A stretch of 64,000 nucleotides of DNA from assembly GCA_964057225.1 (NCBI GenBank), contig OZ059894.1, forward strand, positions 11,160,001 through 11,224,000. The letters are read 5' to 3'. The notes beneath the pieces were generated by a model. That model saw nothing but the letters and a program-made list of their open reading frames with translations. It made no database searches and was not told where the DNA came from. The stretch's first letter is position 1, and each line of letters begins with the position of its first letter. Both the position numbers and the translations under genes were made by a program. This stretch comes from Auanema rhodensis. Taxonomy: Eukaryota > Animalia > Nematoda. This document shows, piece by piece, positions 34,733 through 46,978 of the stretch.

Positions 34733-37700
34733 ATGGTTTATTGAATAACTAATGTTATGATACAATAACTAACCAATAAGAAAGAGCCCAGAACCGGGGA
34801 GACGGTCTTACCAGTACAACTTCAAACAGCAAGTGATTAAAAAGTACATAATAAGACAGATTACCAACAGGGGCTAAAACAACTCAAGAGTCGGGGGAGT
34901 GGGTTAAAAAAGTAATGAATAACAAAAAAAAAAATGAATACTAAAGCAGAACAATGAAAATTAAATATCAAGTACCGCTATGATCAGACAATTTGAGTGC
35001 CTACGGCAATGGTGTTAAAAATAAACAACAAAATACATGTACCAATGAAGGTCAGAAAGAAAGAAAAAAAGACAAAAATAAGTAATACAAAAAGTAAATA
35101 CATTACAATCGAATCACAAACAAGTCAATGGATAATTTCTTCTTCATACTGGCTTACACCAGAAACATGTTCCACGTAGATATTCCTGGCCCACTTGATG
35201 GTATCGGCGACGACGAGCTTCTCCATTAGCCGGTTGTAGTGGCTGCTGATCTTGAGTGATCGAAGGGCTTGTCCGTTGAGCGGGTCCATAGTTCCAAGCA
35301 TTCCTACGACATACGCTTCTACACTAGTCTTATAACCAAGACATTGGTATTGGCTGGCTATGTCAGCATATTTCCTCTCCTTTATCATACGCGCGGCTAT
35401 CATGGCTTGTCGGCGGTTTTCATAGCTCACTGTAACATCAACGATACTACAGTGTTTTGCGTCATGATTGACCACTACTATGTCAGGTCGGAGTGTACTA
35501 TTAATGCCAGGAAGAGGCTGGTTAGTGTAAACTTCTCCGTTTTTAGGCTCTGGCAGTGCTTTGATAAGACGGTCCACGATGTTGTTGTGGCGGAGTTGGA
35601 TTGCTCTCGTGTGAGAGTGGCAGTGTCCAAGAACATGTGCAGCAGTTTCGTTGGAGTAACTACACCTGCGGCACTGTTTGTTTCCTTCTCCGTGTCTTCT
35701 ACAGCCATTGAGCTGGAGAGTATTGAGTCGAGCCTTGTGGATGAATCGCCAATCAGCAAACCGTATGAAATCTCCCTTCGCCATAAAGTGATTGGACGCT
35801 TTGTTGAGCATTGTGACATCAAAGACTTTCCCTTGATCCGGTTTTTGAAGAAGGATCCGAAGGTCTTTCAGCCATAATGCACGTCGCAGGCTTCTGTGGC
35901 ATAGTGAAGGTGTTAACAGTTGGTTGTTTAGATTGAGTTCTAAACCACTTTCGAGGCATGTCCAGTTAGCGTTGATGAGTTTCTTGAGTTGACGCATTGC
36001 TACTCTTACTCTAGTCCAGATGGAGGAAACATCAGATGTTTCGGTGTCGAAAATGCCATCAACGGAACCGTTGTAATATGCAGCTGTCTCATCGTTACTG
36101 GCTTGACGTTTAATCCTTTTTGATGCTACTTTTTTTGAGTCTTGATGCGCAATATCAGCTACTACAAGATCAGATGACTTCAAAAGTTGGTAGGCATGAG
36201 TGACTTCACAGACGTCTGACAGGTGTTGGAGTCGAGAGAGACCAAGTCCGCCGTAGTTAGTTGGCAGGTAGATTGGTTCAGCACTGGCGTTTGGAGGATA
36301 GTGCATCCATCTACGGGCACAACGTTTGAGTTCTTTGTCAAAGGCGACTAGTTTACTCTTTGGGACGTGGCCATTCGTCATATGAAAATTAAGGCAGGGC
36401 ATCAGGAAGGTGCGTACTGCGTCAGCTTTCTGCCATTCAGCAAGTAAGGATTTGTCAATTTTTTCCAAGTGTTGACTCATAATATTCACTGTTGGAACCG
36501 CAGACTTATGTAAATGCATTCCAGTAGGGATTCCCAAGTGGGAGTAGCTGTCAAATTTGCTAAGAGCGGGTAGAGAGCAGCTCTGAAGCATGTATGAAGC
36601 TGTTGATATTTTCCCTTTGTCGATCGTCAAAGTGGCGCATTTCGCTGGTTTGAAGGTTAAGCCTGTGAAATTAGCCGCATTTGATGCTGCGTCCAACATT
36701 TTCTGTAGATCTTCTGATGATGAGGAGACCAGGGCAAGGTCATCGGCGTACGCTAGCACAGCGATGTTGTGGTTGTGTAGCTTATAGCCTGTAGAAGTTT
36801 CCAAGATGGTTTTAATTAGAGGTTCAATGGCAAGGTTGAACAGGATTGGAGATAGTGGGGATCCTTGTAACACACCTGCGTGAACTGGGATGGTCGAAGT
36901 GAGTCCGGATCCTGTCTGGATTCTTGTAGAGGCATCTGTGTATAGAGCTCGTACTCGGGATATTGAGGCTTCAGCCATTCCTGACCATCTTAGAACGTCT
37001 AGCAGAGTTTCGTGTGGCAGCGATCCAAAAGCGTTTGCGAGATCAAGCCAAGCAATTGCAATTTTCTCACGTTTACGTTTAGCGTCTGCAATGGTACTTT
37101 GCAACAAAAAGTTGTGTTCCATGCATCCAGCTTTGGCCACAAAGCCCTTTTGGGAGGGAGAAAGTCTTTTTTCTGCTCTTGCCCATGTTAGCAGTCGATG
37201 CGTAAGACAAGCTGAGTACGTCTTACCAATTGTGCACGAAAGTGCTATTGGTCGCCAGTTGTTAATGTCAGCTTTATCACCTTTCTTATGGATGAGGACG
37301 GTGGTCGACTCTTTCCAGGAAAAAGGGATGTGTCCTAGCTTGTGTACGGTGTTAAAAATCGCTGCTAATATGTGACCTCCTTGGTCAAATTTCTTCCAGT
37401 GCGAGTATCGAAGTCCATCAGCTCCTGGAGCCGTATCGCTGCAACGTCGTATGCGTTCCCAGACTTCCAAAGGGGTGAAAACACCTTCTAATGGGTCGGT
37501 ACTAGCTGGCAAATCCGGTCTGGTGACTGTGATGGGGAGGGCTGGGCCTTGACTGCTGTGAACAGAAAGGAAGTGTTTTTCAACCTCTGCAGATGGTATG
37601 GTGCAGGTTTCACTTTGTTCTCCGAGCAGTTGTCGAAAGGCTTTCTTCTTGTTGGCCCTCCAAAGCTTCTGGAGCTTCATCGCCTGGGTTTTTTGGTCTT

Positions 37701-38455
37701 CCTCAGGTTGTGTGTGTGGTCGGCGCCTTTGTCGGAAGTTGGGAACTTTGATCATAATGTCAAGAGACTTTCTGATTGTGTCTACCAACTCTTCCAGGAC
37801 CTGCTCGAGCTCACTTTCGCATACTACCTTTTTAATTCTATCCACCCAAATATTTTCAGAGTTTCTATTCGGATCAGGGTCGGCAAAAGATGGTTCTGTA
37901 CTCGGAACCCTGATCTCGTTGAATATTTCACTCTCTCGCGGAAGGGGGGAAACTTCGGCCTCTGGGGACAAGTCCAGAATTGGGGCCTCAAACAAGCGTA
38001 CCGTTGATGGAGATCCTTGTTCCTGTCCACTGGATGATGTTTCCTCCATTGTACGCTCCTCCACGGGCGAGGTGGTCGTCCTTGTGCCTGGTGGGCGGGT
38101 GTTCCTGATCCTTCGCAATATAGGGCGGGAACTGGGCTCTCTCGGAGATAGAGGTGAGATCACCACAGTTTCCTCTATGATGCGGAGGCATCCTTCAGCT
38201 TTTTTCTGATGGCTTTTAACGGCCTTCAGATTGCTGGTGAGGCCACAGGCACGGCACTCAAATTCTACTCCGACCTCATGTTCTCTCCGAAGATGGCGGA
38301 CGAGACCATTGTGGTCTGAGTAGGATCGCGGAATAGGAGCGCAGATTGAACAAGAAAAAGGGCTCTGAAGAGGCACCTTTAACTTGTAAAGCCCTTGCTC
38401 CATCTCTAGCAGATCTAAAGACTTACGTAGTACAGTTGCAATATCGATTTAGCCA
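34733..38455 (-). mobile_element. Utopia-like element, full length, variant subfamily
   Basis: Same structure; several amino-acid and 3' UTR differences from the major type. Confidence 0.95.
35125..38403 (-). CDS. ZnF-RT-RLE polyprotein (1092 aa)
   Basis: Motifs as in 16320-19598. Confidence 0.96.
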   Translation of the reverse strand: MEQGLYKLKVPLQSPFSCSICAPIPRSYSDHNGLVRHLRREHEVGVEFECRACGLTSNLKAVKSHQKKAEGCLRIIEETVVISPLSPREPSSRPILRRIRNTRPPGTRTTTSPVEERTMEETSSSGQEQGSPSTVRLFEAPILDLSPEAEVSPLPRESEIFNEIRVPSTEPSFADPDPNRNSENIWVDRIKKVVCESELEQVLEELVDTIRKSLDIMIKVPNFRQRRRPHTQPEEDQKTQAMKLQKLWRANKKKAFRQLLGEQSETCTIPSAEVEKHFLSVHSSQGPALPITVTRPDLPASTDPLEGVFTPLEVWERIRRCSDTAPGADGLRYSHWKKFDQGGHILAAIFNTVHKLGHIPFSWKESTTVLIHKKGDKADINNWRPIALSCTIGKTYSACLTHRLLTWARAEKRLSPSQKGFVAKAGCMEHNFLLQSTIADAKRKREKIAIAWLDLANAFGSLPHETLLDVLRWSGMAEASISRVRALYTDASTRIQTGSGLTSTIPVHAGVLQGSPLSPILFNLAIEPLIKTILETSTGYKLHNHNIAVLAYADDLALVSSSSEDLQKMLDAASNAANFTGLTFKPAKCATLTIDKGKISTASYMLQSCSLPALSKFDSYSHLGIPTGMHLHKSAVPTVNIMSQHLEKIDKSLLAEWQKADAVRTFLMPCLNFHMTNGHVPKSKLVAFDKELKRCARRWMHYPPNASAEPIYLPTNYGGLGLSRLQHLSDVCEVTHAYQLLKSSDLVVADIAHQDSKKVASKRIKRQASNDETAAYYNGSVDGIFDTETSDVSSIWTRVRVAMRQLKKLINANWTCLESGLELNLNNQLLTPSLCHRSLRRALWLKDLRILLQKPDQGKVFDVTMLNKASNHFMAKGDFIRFADWRFIHKARLNTLQLNGCRRHGEGNKQCRRCSYSNETAAHVLGHCHSHTRAIQLRHNNIVDRLIKALPEPKNGEVYTNQPLPGINSTLRPDIVVVNHDAKHCSIVDVTVSYENRRQAMIAARMIKERKYADIASQYQCLGYKTSVEAYVVGMLGTMDPLNGQALRSLKISSHYNRLMEKLVVADTIKWARNIYVEHVSGVSQYEEEIIH

Positions 38456-38513
38456 TTAACCTTATTGTGAACCAATGGAACACATATCGAAGGTTAATTC
38501 GATAAGAACGATT

Positions 38514-39297
38514 TATTGAAGTAGATAATGTTTGTCCCGGAGGACTACAATTTTAAAATAATTACTGAAGCCGTTAGGCAGCGAGAAAATAGTAAGGATA
38601 CTATCCGCACTGAGTGCGTCGTATCATGAAAAAAAAAAAGAGAATGTAAAGAAGGTAGAGCATAGACTTAGATAATGACATCACTAGTTGTAGATTTGTG
38701 GCATATGCAGCTGCGGGTATGAGGATCAGCATGAACAGATTAAATTTACATGAACAAAGTGGGAACATTTCGAGGAACTTAGGGAACGGAGTAATGCGAT
38801 TATTTTCAAAAATAGAATTACCTATCTGTAGCTACGGATAAAGAGGAATAGCTTTGAATAGATGGAAATTTACATGAAAATATGTGACATTATGAAACAG
38901 CACAATAGATAATGAGACTACGGAAAAAATAGTATCCTTTTGCGTTCTTGATGGATCTGCGGCTCCCGTCATTGGCTGCGGTTTCGGTGCTCAGCTGGCT
39001 AGTCGTCGGCGTTGGACATCGTGGATCGTAATGAGGTTTTCCATAGATTCCGGCTCGGCTGGTTCTGTGTGCGTTCTTCTCCGTTGTCGTGGTGGTGTTC
39101 TTCTCGGCTTTTTCCTTCTCCAAAATTTAACTATACTGAAGGTAGAGCTTTGTTTCACAATTGCTACCAAGAGTGAAGAACATTAGCTACTACCAACAGC
39201 ATAGGACCGCCTCAAGGCCTGGTAGATCAATCAGTGTTGCTTCAATCACCAAGTATTGCGGCCTAGGCCCTTGGATCAATTCACAACACCAGTATAG
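38514..39297 (-). mobile_element. Non-autonomous U2-specific element, family B (784 bp)
   Basis: Same insertion site and U2-79 5' junction as family A; shares 5' and 3' blocks with A but has a divergent middle. Confidence 0.86.
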
Positions 39298-39339
39298 CAA
39301 TGGAACACATATCGAAGGTTAATTCGATAAGAACGATTA

Positions 39340-42300
39340 ATGGTTTATTGAATAACTAATGTTATGAAACAATAAATAACCAATAAAAAAGAGCCCAGAA
39401 TCGGGGAGACGGTATTACCAGTACAACTTAAAACAGCAAGTGATTAAAAAGTACAAAATAAAACACATTACCAACAGAGGCTAAAACGACTCAAGAGTCG
39501 GGGGAGTGGGTTAAAAAAAGTAATGAATAACAAAAAAAATGAATAATAAAGCAGAACAGTGAAAAGTAAATATCAAGTGCCGCTATGATCAAACAATTTG
39601 AGTGCCTACGGCAATGGTGTTAAAAATAAACAACAAAATACATGTACCAATGAAGGTCAGAAAGAGAGAAAGAAAAAAGACAAAAATAAGTAATACAAAA
39701 AGTAAAAAATATATTACAATCAAATCACAAACAAGTCAATGGATAATTTCTTCTTCATACTGCCTTACACCAGAAACATGTTCCACGTAGATATTCCTGG
39801 CCCACTTGATGGTATCGGCGACGACGAGCTTCTCCATTAGCCGGTTGTAGTGGCTGCTGATCTTGAGTGATCGGAGGGCTTGTACGTTGAGCGGGTCCAT
39901 AGTTCCAAGCATTCCTACGACATACGCTTCTACACTAGTCTTATAACCAAGACATTGGTATTGGCTGGCTATGTCAGCATATTTCCTCTCCTTTATCATA
40001 CGCGCGGCTATCATGGCTTGTCGGCGGTTTTCATAGCTCACTGTAACATCAACGATACTACAGTGTTTTGCGTCATGATCGACCACTACTATGTCAGGTC
40101 GGAGTGTACTATTAATGCCAGGAAGAGGCTGGTTAGTGTAAACTTCTCCGTTTTTAGGCTCTGGCAGGGCTTTGATAAGACGGTCCACGATGTTGTTGTG
40201 GCGGAGTTGGATTGCTCTCGTGTGAAAGTGGCAGTGTCCAAGAACATGTGCAGCAGTTTCGTTGGGGTAACTACACCTGCGGCACTGTTTGTTTCCTTCT
40301 CCGTGTCTTCTACAGCCATTGAGCTGGAGAGTATTAAGTCGAGCCTTGTGGATGAATCGCCAATCAGCAAACCGTATGAAATCTCCCTTCGCCATAAAGT
40401 GATTGGACGCTTTGTTGAGCATTGTGACATCAAAGACTTTCCCTTGATCCGGTTTTTGAAGAAGGATCCGAAGGTCTTTCAGCCATAATGCACGTCGCAG
40501 GCTTCTGTGGCATAGTGAAGGTGTTAACAGTTGGTTGTTTAGATTGAGTTCTAAACCACTTTCGAGGCATGTCCAGTTAGCGTTGATGAGTTTCTTGAGT
40601 TGACGCATCGCTACTCTTACTCTAGTCCAGATGGAGGAAACATCAGATGTTTCGGTGTCGAAAATGCCATCAACGGAACCGTTGTAATATGCAGCTGTCT
40701 CATCGTTACTGGCTTGACGTTTAATCCTTTTTGATGCTACTTTTATTGAGTCTTGATGCGCAATATCAGCTACTACAAGATCAGATGACTTCAAAAGTTG
40801 GTAGGCATGAGTGACTTCACAGACGTCTGACAGGTGTTGGAGTCGAGAGAGACCAAGTCCGCCGTAGTTGGTTGGCAGGTAGATTGGTTCAGCACTGGCG
40901 TTTGGAGGATAGTGCATCCATCTACGGGCACAGCGTTTGAGTTCTTTGTCAAAGGCGACTAGTTTACTCTTTGGGACGTGGCCATTCGTCATATGAAAAT
41001 TAAGGCAGGGCATCAGGAAGGTGCGTACTGCGTCAGCTTTCTGCCATTCAGCCAGTAAGGATTTGTCAATTTTTTCCAAGTGTTGACTCATGATATTCAC
41101 TGTTGGAACCGCAGACTTATGTAAATGCATTCCAGTAGGGATTCCCAGGTGGGAGTAGCTGTCAAATTTGCTGAGAGCGGGTAGAAAGCAGCTCTGAAGC
41201 ATGTATGAGGCTGTTGATATTTTCCCTTTGTCGATCGTCAAAGTGGCGCATTTCGCTGGTTTGAAGGTCAAGCCTGTGAAATTAGCCGCATTTGATGCTG
41301 CGTCCAACATTTTCTGTAGATCTTCTGATGATGAGGAGACCAGGGCAAGGTCATCGGCGTACGCTAGCACAGCGATGTTGTGATTGTGTAGCTTATAGCC
41401 TGTAGAGGTTTCCAAGATGGTTTTAATTAGAGGTTCAATGGCAAGGTTGAACAGGATCGGAGATAGTGGGGATCCTTGTAACACACCTGCGTGAACTGGA
41501 ATGGTCGAAGTGAGTCCGGAGCCTGTCTGGATTCTTGTAGAGGCATCTGTGTATAGAGCTCGTACTCGGGATATTGAGGCTTCAGCCATTCCTGACCATC
41601 TTAGAACGTCTAGCAGAGTTTCGTGTGGCAGCGATCCAAAAGCGTTTGCGAGATCAAGCCAAGCAATTGCAATTTTCTCACGTTTACGTTTAGCGTCTGC
41701 AATGGTACTTTGCAACAAAAAGTTGTGTTCCATGCATCCAGCTTTGGCCACAAAGCCCTTTTGGGAGGGAGAAAGTCTTTTTTCTGCTCTTGCCCATGTT
41801 AGCAGTCGATGCGTAAGACAAGCTGAGTACGTCTTACCAATTGTGCACGAAAGTGCTATTGGTCGCCAGTTGTTAATGTCAGCTTTATCACCTTTCTTAT
41901 GGATGAGGACGGTGGTCGACTCTTTCCAGGAAAAAGGGATGTGTCCTAGCTTGTGTACGGTGTTAAATATCGCTGCTAATATGTGACCTCCTTGGTCAAA
42001 TTTCTTCCAGTGCGAGTATCGAAGTCCATCAGCTCCTGGAGCCGTATCGCTGCAACGTCGTATGCGTTCCCAGACTTCCAAAGGGGTGAAAACACCTTCT
42101 AATGGGTCGGTACTAGTTGGCAAATCCGGTCTGGTGACTGTGATGGGGAGGGCTGGGCCTTGACTGCTGTGAACAGAAAGGAAGTGTTTTTCAACATCTG
42201 CAGATGGTATGGTGCAGGTTTCACTTTGTTCTCCGAGCAGTTGTCGAAAGGCTTTCTTCTTGTTGGCCCTCCAAAGCTTCTGGATCTTCATCGCCTGGGT

Positions 42301-43066
42301 TTTTTGGTCTTCCTCAGGTTGTGTGTGTGGTCGGCGCCTTTGTCGGAAGTTGGGAACTTTGATCATAATGTCAAGAGACTTTCTGATTGTGTCTACCAAC
42401 TCTTCCAGGACCTGCTCGAGCTCACTTTTGCACACTACCTTTTTAATTCTATCCACCCAAATATTTTCAGAGTTTCTATTCGGATCAGGGTCGGCAAAAG
42501 ATGGTTCTGTACTCGGAACCCTGATCTCGTTGAATATTTCACTCTCTCGCGGAAGGGGGGAAACTTCGGCCTCTGGGGACAAGTCCAGAATTGGGGCCTC
42601 AAATAAGCGTACCGTTGATGGAGATCCTTGTTCCTGTCCACTGGATGATGTTTCCTCCATTGTACGCTCCTCCACGGGCGGGGTGGTCGTCCTTGTGCCT
42701 GGTGGGCGGGTGTTCCTGATCCTCCGCAATATAGGGCGGGAACTGGGCTCTCTCGGAGATAGAGGTGAGATCACCACAGTTTCCTCTATGATGCGGAGGC
42801 ATCCTTCAGCTTTTTTCTGATGGCTTTTAACGGCCTTCAGATTGTTGGTGAGGCCACAGGCACGGCACTCAAATTCTACTCCGACCTCATGTTCTCTCCG
42901 AAGATGGCGGACGAGACCATTGTGGTCTGAGTAGGATCGCGGAATAGGAGCGCAGATTGAACAAGAAAAAGGGCTCTGAAGAGGCACCTTTAGCTTGTAA
43001 AGCCCTTGCTCCATCTCTAGCAGATCTAAAGACTTACGTAGTACAGTTGCAATATCGATTTAGCCA
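39340..43066 (-). mobile_element. Utopia-like element, full length
   Basis: Same structure as 15924-19650. Confidence 0.95.
39736..43014 (-). CDS. ZnF-RT-RLE polyprotein (1092 aa)
   Basis: Motifs as in 16320-19598. Confidence 0.96.
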   Translation of the reverse strand: MEQGLYKLKVPLQSPFSCSICAPIPRSYSDHNGLVRHLRREHEVGVEFECRACGLTNNLKAVKSHQKKAEGCLRIIEETVVISPLSPREPSSRPILRRIRNTRPPGTRTTTPPVEERTMEETSSSGQEQGSPSTVRLFEAPILDLSPEAEVSPLPRESEIFNEIRVPSTEPSFADPDPNRNSENIWVDRIKKVVCKSELEQVLEELVDTIRKSLDIMIKVPNFRQRRRPHTQPEEDQKTQAMKIQKLWRANKKKAFRQLLGEQSETCTIPSADVEKHFLSVHSSQGPALPITVTRPDLPTSTDPLEGVFTPLEVWERIRRCSDTAPGADGLRYSHWKKFDQGGHILAAIFNTVHKLGHIPFSWKESTTVLIHKKGDKADINNWRPIALSCTIGKTYSACLTHRLLTWARAEKRLSPSQKGFVAKAGCMEHNFLLQSTIADAKRKREKIAIAWLDLANAFGSLPHETLLDVLRWSGMAEASISRVRALYTDASTRIQTGSGLTSTIPVHAGVLQGSPLSPILFNLAIEPLIKTILETSTGYKLHNHNIAVLAYADDLALVSSSSEDLQKMLDAASNAANFTGLTFKPAKCATLTIDKGKISTASYMLQSCFLPALSKFDSYSHLGIPTGMHLHKSAVPTVNIMSQHLEKIDKSLLAEWQKADAVRTFLMPCLNFHMTNGHVPKSKLVAFDKELKRCARRWMHYPPNASAEPIYLPTNYGGLGLSRLQHLSDVCEVTHAYQLLKSSDLVVADIAHQDSIKVASKRIKRQASNDETAAYYNGSVDGIFDTETSDVSSIWTRVRVAMRQLKKLINANWTCLESGLELNLNNQLLTPSLCHRSLRRALWLKDLRILLQKPDQGKVFDVTMLNKASNHFMAKGDFIRFADWRFIHKARLNTLQLNGCRRHGEGNKQCRRCSYPNETAAHVLGHCHFHTRAIQLRHNNIVDRLIKALPEPKNGEVYTNQPLPGINSTLRPDIVVVDHDAKHCSIVDVTVSYENRRQAMIAARMIKERKYADIASQYQCLGYKTSVEAYVVGMLGTMDPLNVQALRSLKISSHYNRLMEKLVVADTIKWARNIYVEHVSGVRQYEEEIIH

Positions 43067-43476
43067 TTAACCTTATTGTGAACCAATGGAACACATATCG
43101 AAGGTTAATTCGATAAGAACGATTACTACACTTTGATCTTAGCCAAAAGGCCGAGAAGCGATTGACGTAGAGAATGTTTGTTCCGAAAAACTACAATATT
43201 AAACTATAAAAGTAACAAAAGCGTAGAGGCAGCAAAGACATGAATAAACATAAATGTAAATACAGAATTACCAGGTAGTACATAAGTATGACAAAAAATT
43301 ATAAGAAAGCCATGAAAATAGAAGGTTTGTGAACAAATGAGAGGTACATCTTTGATCGTATAGTCATTTCTAAACCGTTCGTATGCTGCAGCATCGTCAT
43401 AAGCGTCACTCAAGTTGAATTTCCATGTGTACTACACGATTTTCATTCTTATTGTTACATTCTTTCCCTGAGGGAA

Positions 43477-44565
43477 TGGGCCGTTCCCGCCAGCAGTGCA
43501 AGAGCGGGTCGACCCGTGAGGTGGAGCTAGCAAGCCAGCATCTACCTCAAGTCTCAAAAATCGGTTAACCTTATTGTGAACCAATGGAACACATATCGAA
43601 GGTTAATTCGATAAGAACGATTTATTGAAGTAGGAAATGTTTTGCCCCGTAGGACTACAAGTAAATATTATCTAGCACAAGGCTATTAGAGAATGATAAG
43701 ATACTACCTGCACTAAGTGCGTCGCATCGTAAAGGGAAAAAAATTAAACAATGGGAGTTTAACAGCATGAAATTGAGAGAAAAGACATATCCGAGTGTGA
43801 ATAAAATTACGGGTGAACGGAACATGGAGTACGAGAGACATACAAAACGAGACTAAGTGAAAAGAAAAAGTCTTGTATCACGTTCATGAAGGTTCGACGG
43901 ATCCGGTAAGAAGCTGCGGGTTCAGAAGGTCAGCTTTCATCTCGTAGTCGTGGCGCATCAGGAATTTGTGAAGCTTTCCGGCTTTGCAGACGGCTGTATT
44001 GGTCCTCGTAGGATGGTGGAAGATGTTGTCGCTTAGTGATGTTACACATAAAGATATGCAAAAATAGAACAATTCAAAGAAAAAGAGCACAATTAAAACG
44101 AGATTTGGAGAGAAGAGAAGTCTTATATCACTTTCGATGGTTCGGAAGCTCCAGTCTGCTGCTGCGGTTTAGGGGGTGCAACTGGCATGTCGGAGGCGTA
44201 GCACATCATAGGTCAAGCTTGCTGGACTCCCGGCTCGGCTGGTGGCTGTGAGTTTTCCTTGTGCTTGTTCTCGGTGGTGGTCCCTGGGCTGTCTCTTCAC
44301 CAAAAATTACTATACTAATTGCACATTTCATTTAAACGACCCATTTCAGAAGCTTTAAGAGGAAAAGCTACAATTAGCATAGGACCGCCTCAAGGCCTGG
44401 TGGATCATTCAATTTAGTTTCAATCGCCAAGTATAGCGGCCTGGGCCCTTGGGTCAATTCACTGAACCAGTGTAGTATCGATTGTTCAATGGAACACATA
44501 TCGAAGGTTAATTCGATAAGAACGATTACTACACTTTGATCTTAGCCAAAAGGCCGAGAAGCGAT
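43477..44565 (-). pseudogene. U2: U2 interrupted by family A element
   Basis: U2 39-end 43477-43622; U2 1-79 44487-44565. Confidence 0.92.
43623..44486 (-). mobile_element. Non-autonomous element family A (864 bp)
   Basis: Matches 29799-30663 apart from an A-run length. Confidence 0.88.
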
Positions 44566-45007
44566 ACAGCATAGCCATGAGTATCAAAGACATCAAGCAA
44601 ATGTATCGTACTTGTTACGAGTGCACTCTCTCATTTGAATATAAAAGTGTGGTTTGACAATCTTGACTGTACAGGTCATAAATGGCTCATATAAACTGTG
44701 GATTTACTCAACTTTTGGACTTATTTTTTTCTTATTCGAAGCGCTGCACTTTTTTCTATTCTTTTTATTCAAATACTTGTATATAGTTTTATATGTACGG
44801 TTGCAAAGTTTCCGAATATTTTATATATTTTTATACAATAATTAGGAGAAGGTTAATACAATGAAATCTCCCAACTTTACAGTGTTTGTATTGCTTACAG
44901 TATCTAGAACAACCACTCTTGTAATATTAGAGCACATATCAATCAACAACTTTTTCTAGTTATCAAAGCTTTTTTATTTCTTCAAGATATTTCAAATAAA
45001 ATATAAA

Positions 45008-45126
45008 AGCTTACGACACCCGGGATTCCCAAGCCGTCTCCGATCCAAGTACTAACCGGGCCCAACGTTGCTTGACTTGCCAGATCGGACGGGATGGCGT
45101 ACTTTCAACGTGGTATGGTCGTAAGC
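45008..45126 (-). rRNA. 5S rRNA
   Basis: Same sequence as the first copy. Confidence 0.97.
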
Positions 45127-45367
45127 AATGTTATATTCTTCATTATCAGTTATATCACTCTAAATCTTGTTGTTAATAGTTAGGACCACAAAGAAAACAA
45201 CAGGAACAGTAACAAATGAAATGCCCAAACTTTACAGTGTTCGAGTTATTTACAGTATCTAAGACTACCTCTGTCGTGTTATTAGAGCAAACATTCGATT
45301 AACAACAACTTTTTTTTAGTTATCAAAGCTTTTTTATTTCTTCAAAAAATTTCAAATAAAATATAAA

Positions 45368-45486
45368 AGCTTACGACACCCGGGATTCCCAAGCCGTCTC
45401 CGATCCAAGTACTAACCGGGCCCAACGTTGCTTGACTTGCCAGATCGGACGGGATGGCGTACTTTCAACGTGGTATGGTCGTAAGC
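45368..45486 (-). rRNA. 5S rRNA
   Basis: Same sequence as the first copy. Confidence 0.97.
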
Positions 45487-46978
45487 AATGTCATATTCTT
45501 CATTATCAGTTATATCACTCTAAATCTTGTTGTTAATAGATACGACCACAAAGAAAACAACAGGAACAGTAACAATAACAAAAAAAATTTTTTTTTCACC
45601 TATGTGTCTAAAGGTTAGCCATGTATCCGTTTATATATATATATATATCAACAGTAAAAAGTCCAATCAAGAGAGAAATTTTTTCAACACATAGTTGTTT
45701 TTTTTTTAAATATCATTGTTTTTCCTCATAACTCGGTTTAAACTCGTTCTAACCCGTTGAAATACGTCTAGAAAGTCTTTATAACATGCATATGTATGAT
45801 AGAACTTCATATTTATTGTAATAGAAAATTTTATTTTCAGACGTCTTGGTTAACAATGATATGTTTTACCCCCTTATAATTTTTATCATAATGTTCCTTA
45901 TACGGAACGCTCAATGAAACTTGCTTCCAGAAAAATTTCTTTCTATTTTTTCTTCATATGTACGTAGATACTATAGAGAACTATGATAGAAAACTTTAAC
46001 ATTCACGAAATCATCATTTCTCATTACGCTACGGAGGTTTAAAAAGCTGTGTTTTACCTTATAATAGACCGGAAAACCCTTGTGTTAAAACTGGACCGTT
46101 TTTACACATATAAAAATGTCCCGTATTCGGGACCCTAATGTAACTTTTGATTCCCTATATTTTTTTTCATGAAATTTACAATCTACTGTAGAAAGAAGAA
46201 TTATTTTTATAAAAACTGTAAATTTTTGAAAAATGAAAACAAAACGAAAACAAAAACAACTTTTTTTTGAACATTTTCTCACACAAGGGTCCCCCCTTAC
46301 CTACTTTTTTTCTCATTACTCGTTTCAACCTCATCCGATCACTCTGCAAACATGTTTAATCGTTCTAACTTGTTGAAATACGTCTTAAAAGTCTAAACAA
46401 CATGCATATGCATAATAGAAACCACCCGAATAGGCCCCCACGCACTAAACGAGATATATACATTACCAGTATAGTAATAGAACACATATTGAAGATTAAT
46501 TCGATAAGAACAATTTATTGACGTAGAGAATGTTTGTTCCGAAAAACTACAATATTAAACTATAAAAGTAACAAAAGCGTAGAGGCAGCAAAGACATGAA
46601 TAAACATAAATGTAAATACAGAATTACCAGGTAGTACATAAGTATGACAAAAAATTATAAGAAAGCCATGAAAATAGAAGGTTTGTGAACAAATGAGAGG
46701 TACATCTTTGATCGTATAGTCATTTCTAAACCGTTCGTATGCTGCAGCATCGTCATAAGCGTCACTCAAGTTGAATTTCCATGTGTACTACACGATTTTC
46801 ATTCTTATTGTTACATTCTTTCCCTGAGGGAATGGGCCGTTCCCGCCAGCAGTGCAAGAGCGGGTCGACCCGTGAGGTGGAGCTAGCAAGCCAGCATCTA
46901 CCTCAAGTCTCAAAAATCGGTTAACCTTATTGTGAACCAATGGAACACATATCGAAGGTTAATTCGATAAGAACGATT

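Larger units (their letters stand above)
34586..43162 (-). pseudogene. U2: U2 locus with triple stack Utopia + family B + Utopia (U2 38-end 34586-34732; 39-96 38456-38513; 38-79 39298-39339; 1-96 43067-43162, promoterless)
   Basis: Junctions read directly. Confidence 0.9.

Noticed and set aside
39170-39290. HDV-like ribozyme assignment for the A/B 5' domain
   Set aside because: B can be forced into the topology, but L3 is too long and A lacks a matching P2 and J4/2. No hammerhead CTGANGA/GAAA core either.
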